A stretch of DNA of 60,595 bases from an uncultured Candidatus Saccharibacteria bacterium (GCA_964541305.1 CAZIPE010000004.1:1-60595); one strand, 5' to 3'. Counted from the stretch's first letter, positions 8,834 to 22,199 are shown. Program-made: numbers and translations. Notes: generated by a model not told the origin, from the letters alone.

Positions 8834-10183
8834 ATGAATCAAACACCACTTTCGGCTATTTTTAAGGCCTACGATGTGCGCGGTAAAGTTGGAACTGAAC
8901 TTTCAAGCGAAGTAGCTAAAAATATTGGCCGAGCGTTGGCAGACTACCTGCCTACCGAAGGGGTGGTGGCTGTAGGTAGAGATATGCGACCCGATAGCAT
9001 GGAGCTTTGTCAAAATGTTATTGCCGGGCTCACTCAACAAGGAAGAGACGTCATTGATCTTGGTATGATAACCAGTGACATGAGTTATTTTGCGGTAGGC
9101 AAATACAATCTTGCTGGTGCGGCTATGGTTACCGCCAGTCACAACCCTGGTGAATACAACGGTATTAAACTTTACTGCGACCAAGTAATTGCCGTCGGGC
9201 TTGATAGTGGTCTCGACATTATTCGTGATGCAGTCTTGAAAGATAGCTTTATCAAGTCTTCAAAAAAAGGCAACGTTTCAAAGAAGGATATAACAAAAGA
9301 CTGGATCTCGCATGCCCTGTCTTTTCTTGGTGGTACTCGTCTCAATTACAAAATAGCTATCGATGCCGGGAATGGGATGGCCGGCAAAATACTTCCTGTG
9401 CTAGAATCTGAATTACCTCTAAGTATTACTCCACTTTTTTGGGAACTTGACGGAACTTTTCCTAATCACGAGGCTAACCCACAAAAACCCGAGAACCTTA
9501 AAGACTTGATTGATGTCGTCTTAAAAGAAAAACTAGATTTTGGCGTAGCTTTTGATGGAGATGGAGACCGGGCGGGATTTGTTGATGACAAAGGTCGGGT
9601 AGTTGCGGGTACCGATCTTATTACAATCGTCGCCAAGCTTTACCTGGATAAGTTTCCGGGCAGCGAGATTGTTCATGAGGTTCGCACCTCACGAGCAACC
9701 CGAGAACATATTGAAAATTGGGGTGGCACACCGTATCGCACCAAAGCGGGGCGAGTGAGTATCGGAACTATTATGCGTGAGCGAAAAGCACCGTTTGGTG
9801 GCGAAACAACTGGTCACCTGTTTTTTAAAGAAAACTACTATGCAGACAGTGGTCTTATTGCTGCACTTATGGTCATGAAGGCACTAGCTGAATCAGGTAA
9901 GAAACTTAGTGAGCTCGTTGATGAATACCATATCTACACGACAACTCCAGAGATTAATTTTGAGGTAAACGATAAAGATTCTGCCATTAAATCTGTCCGT
10001 GAGATGTTCTTGGAAGCAAAAGAAGATTGGCTTGATGGTTTGAGCCTAGAATTTGCAAATGGCAGCTGGCTTAACCTGCGAGCTAGTAACACTGAACCGC
10101 TTCTGCGACTCAACGCCGAAGCTCCTACCGAACAAGAGCTATATACGTTAATAAAAAAGGTTACATCTGTTTTAGAATCCTGA
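8834..10183 (+). CDS. Phosphomannomutase/phosphoglucomutase-family hexose-phosphate mutase (could also act as phosphoglucosamine mutase)
   Basis: Active-site TASHNPGEYNGIK, metal loop FDGDGDR, and GGETTGH sugar-binding loop. Confidence 0.85.
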   Translation: MNQTPLSAIFKAYDVRGKVGTELSSEVAKNIGRALADYLPTEGVVAVGRDMRPDSMELCQNVIAGLTQQGRDVIDLGMITSDMSYFAVGKYNLAGAAMVTASHNPGEYNGIKLYCDQVIAVGLDSGLDIIRDAVLKDSFIKSSKKGNVSKKDITKDWISHALSFLGGTRLNYKIAIDAGNGMAGKILPVLESELPLSITPLFWELDGTFPNHEANPQKPENLKDLIDVVLKEKLDFGVAFDGDGDRAGFVDDKGRVVAGTDLITIVAKLYLDKFPGSEIVHEVRTSRATREHIENWGGTPYRTKAGRVSIGTIMRERKAPFGGETTGHLFFKENYYADSGLIAALMVMKALAESGKKLSELVDEYHIYTTTPEINFEVNDKDSAIKSVREMFLEAKEDWLDGLSLEFANGSWLNLRASNTEPLLRLNAEAPTEQELYTLIKKVTSVLES

Positions 10184-10202
10184 TAATTGGTATACTAGGT
10201 AG

Positions 10203-11786
<1,584 letters not shown>

Positions 11787-11794
<8 letters not shown>

Positions 11795-12644
11795 TTCGAA
11801 GTTCTTTATTGTTGGGGCCAACGGGCAACTTGGTACGGCACTGCGCCAGAAATATCCAGACGCAAAGTATGCAGATATTGATGAGCTAAATATAACCGAT
11901 CGATCTTCTGTCGAGGCATTTGACTGGACCGGAATTGAAGTCATTCTTAATGCCGCCGCCTACACCAATGTAGATGGTGCCGAAACTCAGGAAGGGCGAG
12001 TTACAGCCTGGAAGGTGAACGCTACCGCTGTAGGGTATTTGGCAGAAGTTGCACGAACCTACGACATCACCCTGGTACACATTTCTACCGATTATGTGTT
12101 TGATGGTACAAAAAACATCCACACTGAAACCGAGGATTTCTCGCCTCTTAGCGTCTACGGCGCAAGTAAAGCTGCCGGCGACCTCTTGGTAGGGTCGTTG
12201 CCCAAGCACTTCATACTACGAACGAGTTGGGTAATTGGCGAAGGCAAAAACTTTGTTCGAACCATGCTAGGTTTAGCAGAAAAAGGTATCTCGCCAACAG
12301 TGGTTGCAGATCAAATTGGCCGGCTTACCTTTACGTCCGAACTTGTCAGAGCCATTGATCACTTGCTTTTTACAAACGCAGCATTCGGAACATACAATGT
12401 AAGCAATAGCGGTGAATCAGCCAGTTGGGCACAGATTACCCGTGCTATTTTTGAATATGCAGGAAAGTCAGATTTAACCGTGACCGATACAACTACGGCC
12501 ACATACTACGAAGGCAAGGAAGATATAGCCCCAAGACCACTACAAAGCACTCTCGATCTTTCGAAAATTGAAAGTACCGGCTTTGAAACAACCGACTGGC
12601 AGCACGACCTAAAAAGTTATATTCAAAAGGAGCTTGAATCATGA
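11787..12644 (+). CDS. rfbD: dTDP-4-dehydrorhamnose reductase
   Basis: [10 protein letters not shown] Rossmann motif and YGASKAAGD catalytic motif. ATG 11787 is preferred over 11763. Confidence 0.9.
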
Positions 12645-13504
12645 AAGGTATTATTTTAGCAGGGGGTTCCGGAACGCGACTCTACCCCATTACCAAGGGT
12701 ATCTCTAAGCAGTTGATGCCGATTTATGACAAGCCAATGGTATATTATCCGCTATCGACACTTATGATGGCTGGTATTAAAGATATACTAGTTATTACCA
12801 CACCCGATGATGCAGAAAGTTTCCAGCGCCTACTAGGCGATGGATCGGAACTTGGTATTACTCTCAGCTATGCATCTCAGCCAAGCCCTGACGGCTTAGC
12901 CCAGGCGTTTATTATTGGCGAGGAATTTATTGGTGAAGATAGTGTTGCGCTGGTACTTGGAGATAATATCTTTCATGGATACGGTTTCGGTCAGAGTCTC
13001 AAGGAATGTGTAAATCCTGATGGCGGTGTCGTGTTTGCCTACCAGGTTTCAGACCCTGAACGCTATGGAGTAGTAGACTTTGACGAGAATATGCACGCTG
13101 TTTCAGTTGAAGAAAAACCAGAAAACCCTAAGTCTAATTACGCTGTAGTTGGATTATATTTTTATGACAATAGCGTAATTGAAATCGCAAAAAATATTAC
13201 ACCAAGCGAACGTGGTGAACTTGAAATAACCTCAATTAACGAAGAGTACCTCAACCAAGGAAAGCTCAAGGTACAGGTCATGGACAGAGGCACTGCCTGG
13301 CTTGATACTGGTACTTTTAGCTCTATGAATGATGCCAGTGAGTATATCCGCGTTATAGAAAAACGCACGGGACTAAAAATTGGTTGTATTGAAGAAATTG
13401 CCTGGCGCAATGACTGGATATCGAGTGAGCAGCTAGCACAACTTGCTCAACCGCTCACTAAAAGTGGGTATGGCAGGTATTTATCTCGACTTCTTGAAAC
13501 TTAG
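12641..13504 (+). CDS. rfbA: Glucose-1-phosphate thymidylyltransferase
   Basis: [17 protein letters not shown] signature, with an RfbA-type body and C-terminus. Confidence 0.95.
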   Translation: MKGIILAGGSGTRLYPITKGISKQLMPIYDKPMVYYPLSTLMMAGIKDILVITTPDDAESFQRLLGDGSELGITLSYASQPSPDGLAQAFIIGEEFIGEDSVALVLGDNIFHGYGFGQSLKECVNPDGGVVFAYQVSDPERYGVVDFDENMHAVSVEEKPENPKSNYAVVGLYFYDNSVIEIAKNITPSERGELEITSINEEYLNQGKLKVQVMDRGTAWLDTGTFSSMNDASEYIRVIEKRTGLKIGCIEEIAWRNDWISSEQLAQLAQPLTKSGYGRYLSRLLET

Positions 13505-14991
13505 TGAGGGATGAATATCTTTAGGACATTTTGAGCTTGTTGATTTAGTCGTAAAACAGTATTGTTTTGCCAATACCACAGACTGTCTGATCTAATAATC
13601 CACCCGGATACACCGGCCCCCCATGAGTAAAGTAGGATTACAGCTACCGCTACATACATTTTTGTATTGCGCGACACCTTAACCTGTTTTAATGCTGTTA
13701 CGAATACTAGAAATATGGGCAGTAGAAGCGGGTAGGTATATCGAGCTTGAATAGCATAGGCTGACCCTACTTTTAAATAGCTGGCATAGTTGAATAGCCA
13801 CAATATACCCAAATATATACCTGAGACAATTATTGTCACCCTTATTAATGTGTCTCTCCAAAGTATCTTCCTATAGACAACTATCAATGCGCCACCAATC
13901 ACTACCATGATATACGCAACGGTGATGGGGATAGGCATAATCGGCCTCAGAACTATCGGCCCAAAAGGCTCAAGCGGTGAAACGACGACGGTTGGGGTGT
14001 GACTAAAAATAGCATAATATCCACGCATCATCTTGGTAACCCAGTGTTGGCTATAGCTTACAATATTCCCGAACTCTTTTTCTTTGGTTTGTTCATACCT
14101 AATTTTCGCCTGATTGTTACGATACCAGGGCATAAATTTACTACAAACACTCTCAGTTTGTACAAGCTCACAATTTGGATCAGGCTCTCTATACCTGATC
14201 ATATTAGTCCCAATGCGTTCAGTAAACAAACTACATGCTGCAATAAGAAGCATCACAAGACCTAATTTCATCCATAAAGAGTACTTTGAAAAATCTTTAT
14301 ATATGTAGTTTATTGATTTTTTAAGAGGTCCACTTTTCCGAACAAAAGTAAACAGCACTACGGTAAACAGAATTCCGGAAATGATAAAAAATGTGTACTT
14401 AACTAAAATCGTTAATAGCCCAACAGAAACAAACAAAATCCAATGCTTCGCGCTCAGTCTCTTTTCGTGCATTAGTTGATATGCGAGAAAGAAGCTTACT
14501 GCCGCCCCCAGCAACATGAGGTTGTCGTAGTTCACGTGCGCCGCCAGGAACGGAACTATAGGCGTAAAAACAAAGAGCAATGCCACTACGTTTATTAGCC
14601 GTCGGGGTACTCCAACGCTCATAAATAACTTTCTGAACACAATAATTGCAGCTACAACAAAAGCAATATTAATCAGACGCATTAAGACAACGAGTACTGT
14701 TTCACTATCGATGAATACGTCGAATAACCTATAGGGGAAGCTCATTAGGTAATGGTAAAGGTATGATGGCATGCGCGTAATGTCGCCATAGACACTAGCT
14801 TCAGCGGGTTGCATAGAGATAAACGGCGACCACTGCTGTGAATATATTTTGATAATTCCCGAGTGGTAATATTCATCAAATGGTAGCGGATAAATTGCAG
14901 AGATAGCGAGCCAGATTGATTGAATAATGAGTATACCAACTGATGCAATAAAAAATGTGGTGGACTCCAGCCATTTGTATATATTCTTCAT
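13501..14991 (-). CDS. Large polytopic membrane protein, GT-C-fold-like glycosyltransferase candidate
   Basis: About 12 TM segments. The first extracytoplasmic loop carries an acidic motif FDEYYH, as in polyprenyl-phosphate-sugar-dependent GT-C enzymes. Confidence 0.45.
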   Translation of the reverse strand: MKNIYKWLESTTFFIASVGILIIQSIWLAISAIYPLPFDEYYHSGIIKIYSQQWSPFISMQPAEASVYGDITRMPSYLYHYLMSFPYRLFDVFIDSETVLVVLMRLINIAFVVAAIIVFRKLFMSVGVPRRLINVVALLFVFTPIVPFLAAHVNYDNLMLLGAAVSFFLAYQLMHEKRLSAKHWILFVSVGLLTILVKYTFFIISGILFTVVLFTFVRKSGPLKKSINYIYKDFSKYSLWMKLGLVMLLIAACSLFTERIGTNMIRYREPDPNCELVQTESVCSKFMPWYRNNQAKIRYEQTKEKEFGNIVSYSQHWVTKMMRGYYAIFSHTPTVVVSPLEPFGPIVLRPIMPIPITVAYIMVVIGGALIVVYRKILWRDTLIRVTIIVSGIYLGILWLFNYASYLKVGSAYAIQARYTYPLLLPIFLVFVTALKQVKVSRNTKMYVAVAVILLYSWGAGVSGWIIRSDSLWYWQNNTVLRLNQQAQNVLKIFIPH

Positions 14992-14997
14992 ATTCTA

Positions 14998-15951
14998 TTA
15001 TTCTATTTGTAAGTTCTCTTTATTTCTGGTTTTTGCGGTGGCTGCCCACATAGCTAGCATTATGAAAAATAATACCCCCCGATCGACAAGGGCGATACTT
15101 AAAACTTCAGGACCGCTTAGTCCTAGGACGGTCGCTGAAAATACATATACTGCCTCTTTTATTCCAATATTTGCTGGGGTGATGTTAATAACAAAGCTAA
15201 GTGAGCCAATTGCACTCATCAAAACGACTTCGGGTAAAGTAATGCCTATCCCTAATGATAGGGCAATTACTTTAGTGATGAAACAACTAGTTGCAAAACT
15301 AAGTGCTGTGACAAAAATTAACTTAAGTAGTAATCTGGTATCTTTTTTGATTATATCCCATCCATTTGCTACTTGATTGAGTAAGCCAACGAGTTTTCTT
15401 AACTTTATAATTTTTATCTTTTCGAGGGTCTGTTTTGATAGAGGTTTAAGCATCATTGTTACCAGTGAGGTGACGAGTATTACGCCGAAAACTAAAGCTA
15501 ACACAGTGAACTGAGGGCTTCTTTCTTGAAATAAACTTGCGAGTGCCAGTAGGCCGAAAAAGCTAGTACAGAAGAAGACAATTACGTAATTACCTGAGAG
15601 CGTTGAGATGTAATCGGTATACGAAAGATTATGTTTCTTTTTCAGGTATATTGCCCTAAAACCAAGACCTCCACCAGCTGGCGCAAAAAAGTTACCAATT
15701 GATGATAGAACCGAAACGTATGTACTTTCCTTTAATGGAAGGATTTTATTAAATGGTTGGACAATTAATTTTAAGAATATGCTGTTGTATAGCATTAAGG
15801 CTACATCAGCTACTGCGACAAGTATAAGGAATGGTATTTTAATATCCAGTATTGGTTTGAAAGATTCCAAGTTAGCAATAAAATACCAAACAAACAGAAT
15901 CAACACCGCCAAAGTTAGAAACTTTTTGGAGTTACTTTTTATATAGTTCAT
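14998..15951 (-). CDS. Flippase-like / lysylphosphatidylglycerol-synthase-TM-region family membrane protein
   Basis: An 8-TM protein with the IGNFFAPAGGGLGFRAIYLKK motif characteristic of this family. Confidence 0.6.
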   Translation of the reverse strand: MNYIKSNSKKFLTLAVLILFVWYFIANLESFKPILDIKIPFLILVAVADVALMLYNSIFLKLIVQPFNKILPLKESTYVSVLSSIGNFFAPAGGGLGFRAIYLKKKHNLSYTDYISTLSGNYVIVFFCTSFFGLLALASLFQERSPQFTVLALVFGVILVTSLVTMMLKPLSKQTLEKIKIIKLRKLVGLLNQVANGWDIIKKDTRLLLKLIFVTALSFATSCFITKVIALSLGIGITLPEVVLMSAIGSLSFVINITPANIGIKEAVYVFSATVLGLSGPEVLSIALVDRGVLFFIMLAMWAATAKTRNKENLQIE

Positions 15952-17141
15952 ACAACACCTCTCTTGGCGCCGACATAGAGGTCTTTGATTTTTTTATTTC
16001 TTTGTTGAATTGAGAGTATCCCCTCATTCGTAAACTTATCTTGAGTGTTGGCCGACAGTCTACCGCGCACAGGGCGATTATTGAGAATATATTCGAGTTT
16101 TTTGTATATTTCAGAAGACATTTCTTCATCTAGATCAGGGCTATCGACTTTTTGAGTTTGTGAACGGGTAGGTAATGGATTGACATCAAGTAGTCCTTTA
16201 TATGGAATCAGTAGGCCGTCTTTTTCATTTGTAATAATCTCTGGAACGGCATACTGTGTCGTAGATATAACAGGCGTAGCTGATGCGAGTGCATCAACAA
16301 AGACCATCCCAAAAGTATCGAGCTTAGTTGGCATAATAAAAAAATCTGTTGGCTTAAAGAAGTATCTAATTATGTCTTCTTTTGAGTAGTTTGGCTTAAA
16401 TAGATAGGTGTTCGTAAGATTGTACTTATTCAGAAGCTGTTGAGCATCTTTTGAAACTAAATATAGCTGAACTGCATCTACACCAAACTTTGAGTTTATT
16501 TTTTTTAGCGCCCGTAGTGTTTCATCTAGCCCTTTTCGATACACATCATTTCCTACGAAGAGCAGTTTTAGTGACTTACTTTTTTTGATGTGGGTATGAT
16601 CTGGTTTTAAGTCAGCAATTTTTTGTATATCCATCGCAGGATATATTACTGTGACCTTATTTTCTATTTTTGCGTAGTCTGCGCTGTATATTTTGCGGAG
16701 TGTGGTCCTGGCGGCGTTACTCATACATATAATTCCCTTGCAATTCGAATGAGATAGAAAAGGCAATACCTTATCATTCATATACTCCGAATCACTAGTG
16801 AAGTTTGCGAGGCCGAGCGGGTGTTCAAACTCAACTATATACGGCTTTTCAGGGATTTTTTCGGCAATAATGTTAATGAAATGAAGGATGTCCGACTCGT
16901 CACTGTTTTCCTTTTTATTTACAAAAAATATGTTTTGAAATGTTTTAATGAACCATCCAACAATAACGTTATCTCCAAATTTACGATATATTTTAATAAG
17001 AGAACCTACATGCTTCATTGGTTTTGGAACAATAAATTCAATGTCTGATGGAGGGCTGGAGATCAACGACTCATGAATTTTGTGAAGTGGTTTATAGTTG
17101 CGATAAACCAGACGTACTTTTATAGCTGACTTATCTCTCAT
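15948..17141 (-). CDS. Glycosyltransferase family 4 (GT-B)
   Basis: LLFVGNDVYRKGLD and FIMPTKLDTFGMVFVDALASATPVIS motifs. Confidence 0.7.
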   Translation of the reverse strand: MRDKSAIKVRLVYRNYKPLHKIHESLISSPPSDIEFIVPKPMKHVGSLIKIYRKFGDNVIVGWFIKTFQNIFFVNKKENSDESDILHFINIIAEKIPEKPYIVEFEHPLGLANFTSDSEYMNDKVLPFLSHSNCKGIICMSNAARTTLRKIYSADYAKIENKVTVIYPAMDIQKIADLKPDHTHIKKSKSLKLLFVGNDVYRKGLDETLRALKKINSKFGVDAVQLYLVSKDAQQLLNKYNLTNTYLFKPNYSKEDIIRYFFKPTDFFIMPTKLDTFGMVFVDALASATPVISTTQYAVPEIITNEKDGLLIPYKGLLDVNPLPTRSQTQKVDSPDLDEEMSSEIYKKLEYILNNRPVRGRLSANTQDKFTNEGILSIQQRNKKIKDLYVGAKRGVV

Positions 17142-18222
17142 GGATTATACTCCCAAACACCTGTTCGTATTGCTTGCTTATAGTGCCCCAGCCAAACTTT
17201 TTTGTGGTGAATATTTTCCCTTTGGTGCCTAGTTCATTTCTATAAGATTTGTTTGTACAAAGTCCCACCAAACTACTAACAAAGCCGTGCTCGTCTTTAG
17301 GGTGAACTAAAATACCATTTTGGTTATGTGTAATTGTCGACGATATTCCCTCAAGATCACTGGCAACTACTGGTCTATTTGACATTGTAGCCTCGAGCAT
17401 TACTAGGCCCTGACCCTCCATGTCTCCACGGACAGGAATGTTTGGCATAATAAAAATATCGGATGCTATATAGAGCTTTTGCTTAGTTGCGTCAGTTACT
17501 CGTCCAATAATGGTTACATATTCTTCTAATTTATTCTCTTTAACAAGCAATTCAATGCGCTTCCTGTAGGGTCCGTCTCCTGCAATTAAATAGTGTATAT
17601 TCTTGTATTTTTTTAGTAGCTTTGGTAAAACTTTTTTGATAAACCAATGAATACCTTTTCTCTCAACAATTCTTCCAAGTGACAATAAAACAACTTTTCC
17701 GGAAATACTTATATTCAATTCACCTTCTATCTCTTGAGTAGCCTGTACCTGACTCATTGCAAGTGTATTCTCCTCCACCCCATATGGTATTACTGCAGTT
17801 CGACACGACTCAACGCCTCTTTTCATAGCTTCTAATTTAGTCTCTTCGCTAATGCAAATGACAAAGTTCATTTTTTTAACAAAACTAACGAAGAATTTTT
17901 GATAAATCCAGTTCTCGTAGGTAAGATCAAGCCCAGCAGCGGTTACGATAACTGGGCGATTGAATAATACTTTTAGCACATACCCCAGCGGCGCCAACAA
18001 ACAATCTTGTATATATATAATGTCACGGCGACTTACAATCATCGCCAAGCAGGCTCTTATAAAGTGACTCGGAAGAACGAATGGAAGATATTTATTTGAA
18101 CCGCCCCATTTTATAAGCTTTACATTATTACGCTTGCTAAGGCTCTCGTTAAGTTGGTATGCAGCGTTCTCAAGACCACCAATGGTGGGAGGGTACTTAC
18201 GCGTGATGAATAATATTTTCAT
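17131..18222 (-). CDS. Glycosyltransferase family 4 (GT-B)
   Basis: KILFITRKYPPTIGGLE N-terminus and FIMPNIP...EGQGLVMLEATMSNRPVVASD C-terminal motif. Confidence 0.8.
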   Translation of the reverse strand: MKILFITRKYPPTIGGLENAAYQLNESLSKRNNVKLIKWGGSNKYLPFVLPSHFIRACLAMIVSRRDIIYIQDCLLAPLGYVLKVLFNRPVIVTAAGLDLTYENWIYQKFFVSFVKKMNFVICISEETKLEAMKRGVESCRTAVIPYGVEENTLAMSQVQATQEIEGELNISISGKVVLLSLGRIVERKGIHWFIKKVLPKLLKKYKNIHYLIAGDGPYRKRIELLVKENKLEEYVTIIGRVTDATKQKLYIASDIFIMPNIPVRGDMEGQGLVMLEATMSNRPVVASDLEGISSTITHNQNGILVHPKDEHGFVSSLVGLCTNKSYRNELGTKGKIFTTKKFGWGTISKQYEQVFGSIIHER

Positions 18223-19181
18223 TTAATAAATTTAGATTTTTTAACTTCTTCGAGTATTTTCTCTTGGTTATTAAGCATTCTACTAAGCATATCGGCCACA
18301 AGTCCAAGCGACCAGATAATTATTGCGAGCGTGATGAAATACATCCCAGCAAAGCCTAGGAACTTGAAAGGACTAAAGCTATCGGTAACCAGCCAGTGAC
18401 CAATAAATATAACTGCTGAGATAAAACCAAGTATAAACGGGATGAGTCCCAGCCAGCCAAAGAATCTAAGTGGTGCAAAATCTCGATATGATCGAAGTAT
18501 ATTCAAGGCACTAATAGCTACGTAACTAAATATGCTGGTAACTACTCGAGATTTTCTACCTGGGTAGTACTTAACTTCAGTGGGTAATGTTGTAATGCGC
18601 AGTCGTTTCATGGCAAGCACCTGAAATGATTCCTGGGTATATGTTTTAGTTCCATTTATATTCAGTGCAATGAGTGCTTTTTGGTTATATGCTCTAAAGC
18701 CACACGTGACATCATTGAATTTCTGTCTACTGAGTTTGCTAACTATCCACGCACCAAGTAAGTTTCCGTAGTACTTCCCTGCTGGCATATTTTTGGGTCG
18801 GTGCTTCTTGCCATTTTTATCAGTAAATCTATCGGCTGCTACAAAATCTGCATCATCACTTACAATTGGCGCAATCATCTCTGGAATGTCGGCTGGATTA
18901 AACTGCAGGTCACCATCAATATTTACGAGGATATCTGCCTTCATATTAAGCGCGGTTTCTACCGCCTCCTTAAAACGAAGTGCAAGTTTTTTGTTTGCAC
19001 CATCACTAATTACCCTAGCCCCTGCTTTCTGTGCTTTCTCTACTGTTCTATCAGTACTTCCATCATCTATAACGACAGCTGCAATTGAATCTACACCATC
19101 AATCTTCTTCGGTACACCATTAATTACATCTGCAATTGTCTTTTCTTCATTCATACATATCGAAACAACAACAAGCTTCAT
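18219..19181 (-). CDS. Glycosyltransferase family 2, polyprenyl-phosphate sugar synthase-like (GtrB/DPM1/ArnC type) with C-terminal TM helices
   Basis: VVSICMNEE...VVIDDGSTDRT...NIDGDLQ (DxD) catalytic core, followed by two C-terminal TM helices. Confidence 0.8.
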   Translation of the reverse strand: MKLVVVSICMNEEKTIADVINGVPKKIDGVDSIAAVVIDDGSTDRTVEKAQKAGARVISDGANKKLALRFKEAVETALNMKADILVNIDGDLQFNPADIPEMIAPIVSDDADFVAADRFTDKNGKKHRPKNMPAGKYYGNLLGAWIVSKLSRQKFNDVTCGFRAYNQKALIALNINGTKTYTQESFQVLAMKRLRITTLPTEVKYYPGRKSRVVTSIFSYVAISALNILRSYRDFAPLRFFGWLGLIPFILGFISAVIFIGHWLVTDSFSPFKFLGFAGMYFITLAIIIWSLGLVADMLSRMLNNQEKILEEVKKSKFIK

Positions 19182-19240
19182 ATATTTGTAACTCCTTAGG
19201 TTGTTTCTATTTTATCAGTTTAAGAGGGTATAATATAGCA

Positions 19241-20530
19241 ATGCATGAAGTAAGTACTAAAAAAGTTGCCGTAATTGGTCTTGGTTATGTGGGACTTCCA
19301 CTTGCACTTCTAGCTGAGCAAAAAGGTTTTGATGTTATTGGTATCGAGGTGAGTACTAAAAAGCTAGGGCTTCTAAGACGACGCAAGCCAATTATTGACG
19401 ATGAAACTGCAAATAAGCAGCTCAGCAAAACAGCTATTACATTTACCGATGATTTTAAATTGCTTGCAGATCGTGACATCGTCGTCGTCTGTGTGCCCAC
19501 GCCAGTTGATGAGCAAAAAAACCCAAACTTGAGGCCCGTGCGCGGAGCGGTGAGTTCGGCTGTAAAGCACATGAAGAAAGGCTCTCTTCTTGTTGTCGAA
19601 TCTACTATCAACCCTGGTGTATGTGATGAAGTGGTAGCGCCACTTATAGAAGCCGAGAGCGACCATATTGTTGGCAAAACCATCTATCTAGCGCACTGCC
19701 CAGAACGAATCAATCCGGGCGACCCCAAATGGCATGTTGGCAATATCAACCGTGTACTTGGTGCTGATAGCAATGAAGGTCTAGAAATCGCGTACGATTT
19801 TTATAGCAATCTGGTTAACGCAAAGGTTAAAAAAATGGGCAGTTTGAAAGAAGCTGAGGCGGTAAAGGTGGTTGAAAACTCGTTTCGTGATGTGAATATC
19901 GCCTTCGTCAATGAGCTTGCTATGTCGTTTAATAAACTTGGTATTAACGTAAATAACGTCATAGATGGCGCTGCAACCAAGCCATTCGCATTTATGGCCC
20001 ACTACCCTGGCATTGGCGTTGGTGGCCACTGTATACCCGTCGACCCCTACTATTTAATTGAATATGCACGCAGCAATGGGTTCGACCATAAATTCCTCAA
20101 ACTAGCTCGTTCCATCAATGAGACTATGCCAGTGTACTCAGTAGACCTGTTGGAACAAGCACTGATTGAAAAAACCACCAAAACATTGAAGGGTGCTGAA
20201 GTCGCTGTACTAGGTCTTTCATACAAAGCTAACGTCGGCGATGATCGCGAAAGCCCCGCCTATGCTGTCGTTAAAACTCTTCAGGAGCGAGGTGCAAAAG
20301 TAACTGCGCATGACCCACATATCTTACATAAGTCTGACGTTAAAACTTTAGATGAAGCACTCAGCAATAAAGATGCGGTAGTGCTGGTTACCTCGCATAA
20401 TGAGTTTAAATCAATCAAACCAACTGACTTAAAAGATATATCCGTTTTCTTAGATGGTAGAAACGCCCTCATCTCTTTGGCGAAAGAAATCCAAGCAAAC
20501 GGTACACACTACATCGGTCTCGGGAATTAA
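19241..20530 (+). CDS. Nucleotide-sugar 6-dehydrogenase (UDP-N-acetylhexosamine/UDP-glucose dehydrogenase family)
   Basis: [17 protein letters not shown] motif and a catalytic Cys in [13 protein letters not shown] chose the ATG at 19241 rather than the ORF-track start at 19136, which overlaps the divergent GT2 gene. Confidence 0.85.
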   Translation: MHEVSTKKVAVIGLGYVGLPLALLAEQKGFDVIGIEVSTKKLGLLRRRKPIIDDETANKQLSKTAITFTDDFKLLADRDIVVVCVPTPVDEQKNPNLRPVRGAVSSAVKHMKKGSLLVVESTINPGVCDEVVAPLIEAESDHIVGKTIYLAHCPERINPGDPKWHVGNINRVLGADSNEGLEIAYDFYSNLVNAKVKKMGSLKEAEAVKVVENSFRDVNIAFVNELAMSFNKLGINVNNVIDGAATKPFAFMAHYPGIGVGGHCIPVDPYYLIEYARSNGFDHKFLKLARSINETMPVYSVDLLEQALIEKTTKTLKGAEVAVLGLSYKANVGDDRESPAYAVVKTLQERGAKVTAHDPHILHKSDVKTLDEALSNKDAVVLVTSHNEFKSIKPTDLKDISVFLDGRNALISLAKEIQANGTHYIGLGN

Positions 20531-21474
20531 CTTTTTTGTGCGGTGGAAAAGTATTCAATCGTCTTCTTCAAGCCTTCGTCTAGACCGACCTCAGGCGCCC
20601 AAGCAAGTTTATCCAATGCTAATGAGATATCGGGCTTTCTTTGTCTAGGATCATCCCGAGGTAAATCACGATAGACTATCTTGCTGGTAGTCTCTGGTAT
20701 CAAAGCAATGACTCTTTGGGCCAACTCACTGATTGAAAACTCAACTGGGTTACCCAAATTTACCGGCCCAATAAAGTTCTCTTCGTTTTCCATCATTAGT
20801 ATCATTCCTCTTACTAAATCATCCACATATTGGAAACTTCTAGTTTGCGAGCCATCTCCATATATAGTTATATCTTCGTTATTAAGCGCCTGAACAATAA
20901 AGTTCGATACTACCCGGCCATCATCAGCTCGCATGTTTGGCCCATAGGTGTTAAATATCCTAATTACGCGAGTATCTGTTTTATATTGACGGTTGTAATC
21001 AAAAAATAGGGTCTCAGCACAGCGCTTGCCTTCGTCATAACAAGACCTTATACCAATAGGATTGACCTTACCCCAGTAGTTTTCGGGCTGAGGGTGAACA
21101 TCAGGATCTCCATAAACCTCGCTTGTAGAAGCTTGTAGAATTCTAGCACTATTTTTTTTTGCAAGCTCTAGCATATTCAGCGCCCCCATAATACTAGTTT
21201 TCATAGTCTGCAGTGGATCCTTTTGATAGTGTGGCGGAGAAGCTGGACACGCCAGGTTATAAATTCTATCTATTGGACCTTCTATTGAAATTTTATCAAT
21301 TATGTCCTGCTCGATAAGTTCGAAATCATGAAGACCGTGTAACGCATCGATATTCTGCCTTCTGCCGGTATAGAAGTTGTCGAGACATATGACACGACCG
21401 CCTTCATCTAAAAGCTTTTTACACAAATGTGAACCAATGAACCCAGCCCCACCTGTTACTAACGAAGTTTTCAT
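20527..21474 (-). CDS. UDP-glucuronate decarboxylase-like short-chain dehydrogenase (UXS family)
   Basis: [29 protein letters not shown] and YDEGKRCAE motifs are typical of UDP-xylose synthase-type enzymes. Confidence 0.85.
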   Translation of the reverse strand: MKTSLVTGGAGFIGSHLCKKLLDEGGRVICLDNFYTGRRQNIDALHGLHDFELIEQDIIDKISIEGPIDRIYNLACPASPPHYQKDPLQTMKTSIMGALNMLELAKKNSARILQASTSEVYGDPDVHPQPENYWGKVNPIGIRSCYDEGKRCAETLFFDYNRQYKTDTRVIRIFNTYGPNMRADDGRVVSNFIVQALNNEDITIYGDGSQTRSFQYVDDLVRGMILMMENEENFIGPVNLGNPVEFSISELAQRVIALIPETTSKIVYRDLPRDDPRQRKPDISLALDKLAWAPEVGLDEGLKKTIEYFSTAQKS

Positions 21475-21620
21475 TTTTGTGACTTTCTATAATTTAAGGT
21501 TGTCTAACACAGGTTTCATAATAGCAAACTGTGTTGGTTGTTGATAAATATACTACGCTAATCTTGAAATATAAGCTTAATCGGTATATAATAGCGAGGT
21601 TATATGATAAAACAAAAACT

Positions 21621-22199
21621 ATGAATCAAATTGTACATAAAAATACCAATAAAAAACGAAATATAATACTGGCAGGAGCCTCTATTGCGATTCTCGTTGG
21701 CGCCAGCTTAGCTGTTGCGTATGTAGGTAGCGTTGGTCCTTTTTCAGAGAGTGAAACAGTGTCAGACTCAACCATAGACTATGAAGAGCCGACCGATGAG
21801 CAAAAGACAGCTGGTGAAGCCACAAAAGAGGAGACTGTAAAAAACGAAGAGGCCTCGAAGCCCAGTTCATCAAGCGCTGGATCTTCAACCCCAACAACCC
21901 AAGCCAACAATACGGTTGGGGTTGAGTTTACCTCTGGTCCAGAAGTAGCTGATGGAACGCTCTATGTCGGCACAGTTGTCCAAGAAGTAAACTCCACAGG
22001 AGTATGTACCCTCACGCTCAGCAAGTCAGGTAAAACGAGTGTCGTAAAAACCGCCAAGACACAGGTTTCTGGTAGCGTCGCAACCTGCCAAGGCTTCACT
22101 ATTGATGTTAGTAAACTTGCAAAAGGATCATGGAACGTGCAGTTGAGCTATAAAAGCAATAAATCTCAAGGCAAGACTTCGGAGAGTATAACAATATGA
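21621..22199 (+). CDS. Membrane-anchored surface protein (N-terminal TM, acidic/Ser-rich linker, small beta domain with two Cys)
   Basis: I chose ATG 21621 (MNQIVHKNTNKKRNIILAGASIAILVG...). No recognisable family. Its stop overlaps the next start (ATGA). Confidence 0.5.
   Translation: MNQIVHKNTNKKRNIILAGASIAILVGASLAVAYVGSVGPFSESETVSDSTIDYEEPTDEQKTAGEATKEETVKNEEASKPSSSSAGSSTPTTQANNTVGVEFTSGPEVADGTLYVGTVVQEVNSTGVCTLTLSKSGKTSVVKTAKTQVSGSVATCQGFTIDVSKLAKGSWNVQLSYKSNKSQGKTSESITI

Noticed and set aside
18793-19191. 132-aa and 95-aa plus-strand ORFs antisense to the GT2 gene. Similar shadow ORFs lie at 1581..1868, 14927..15376, 32034..32435, 36781..37140, 46718..47260, 48719..49117 and 55449..55781.
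   Set aside because: Each lies entirely inside a longer opposite-strand ORF with clear family motifs. Their translations are low-complexity (Ser/Leu/Pro/Ala-rich), as expected from antisense frames.
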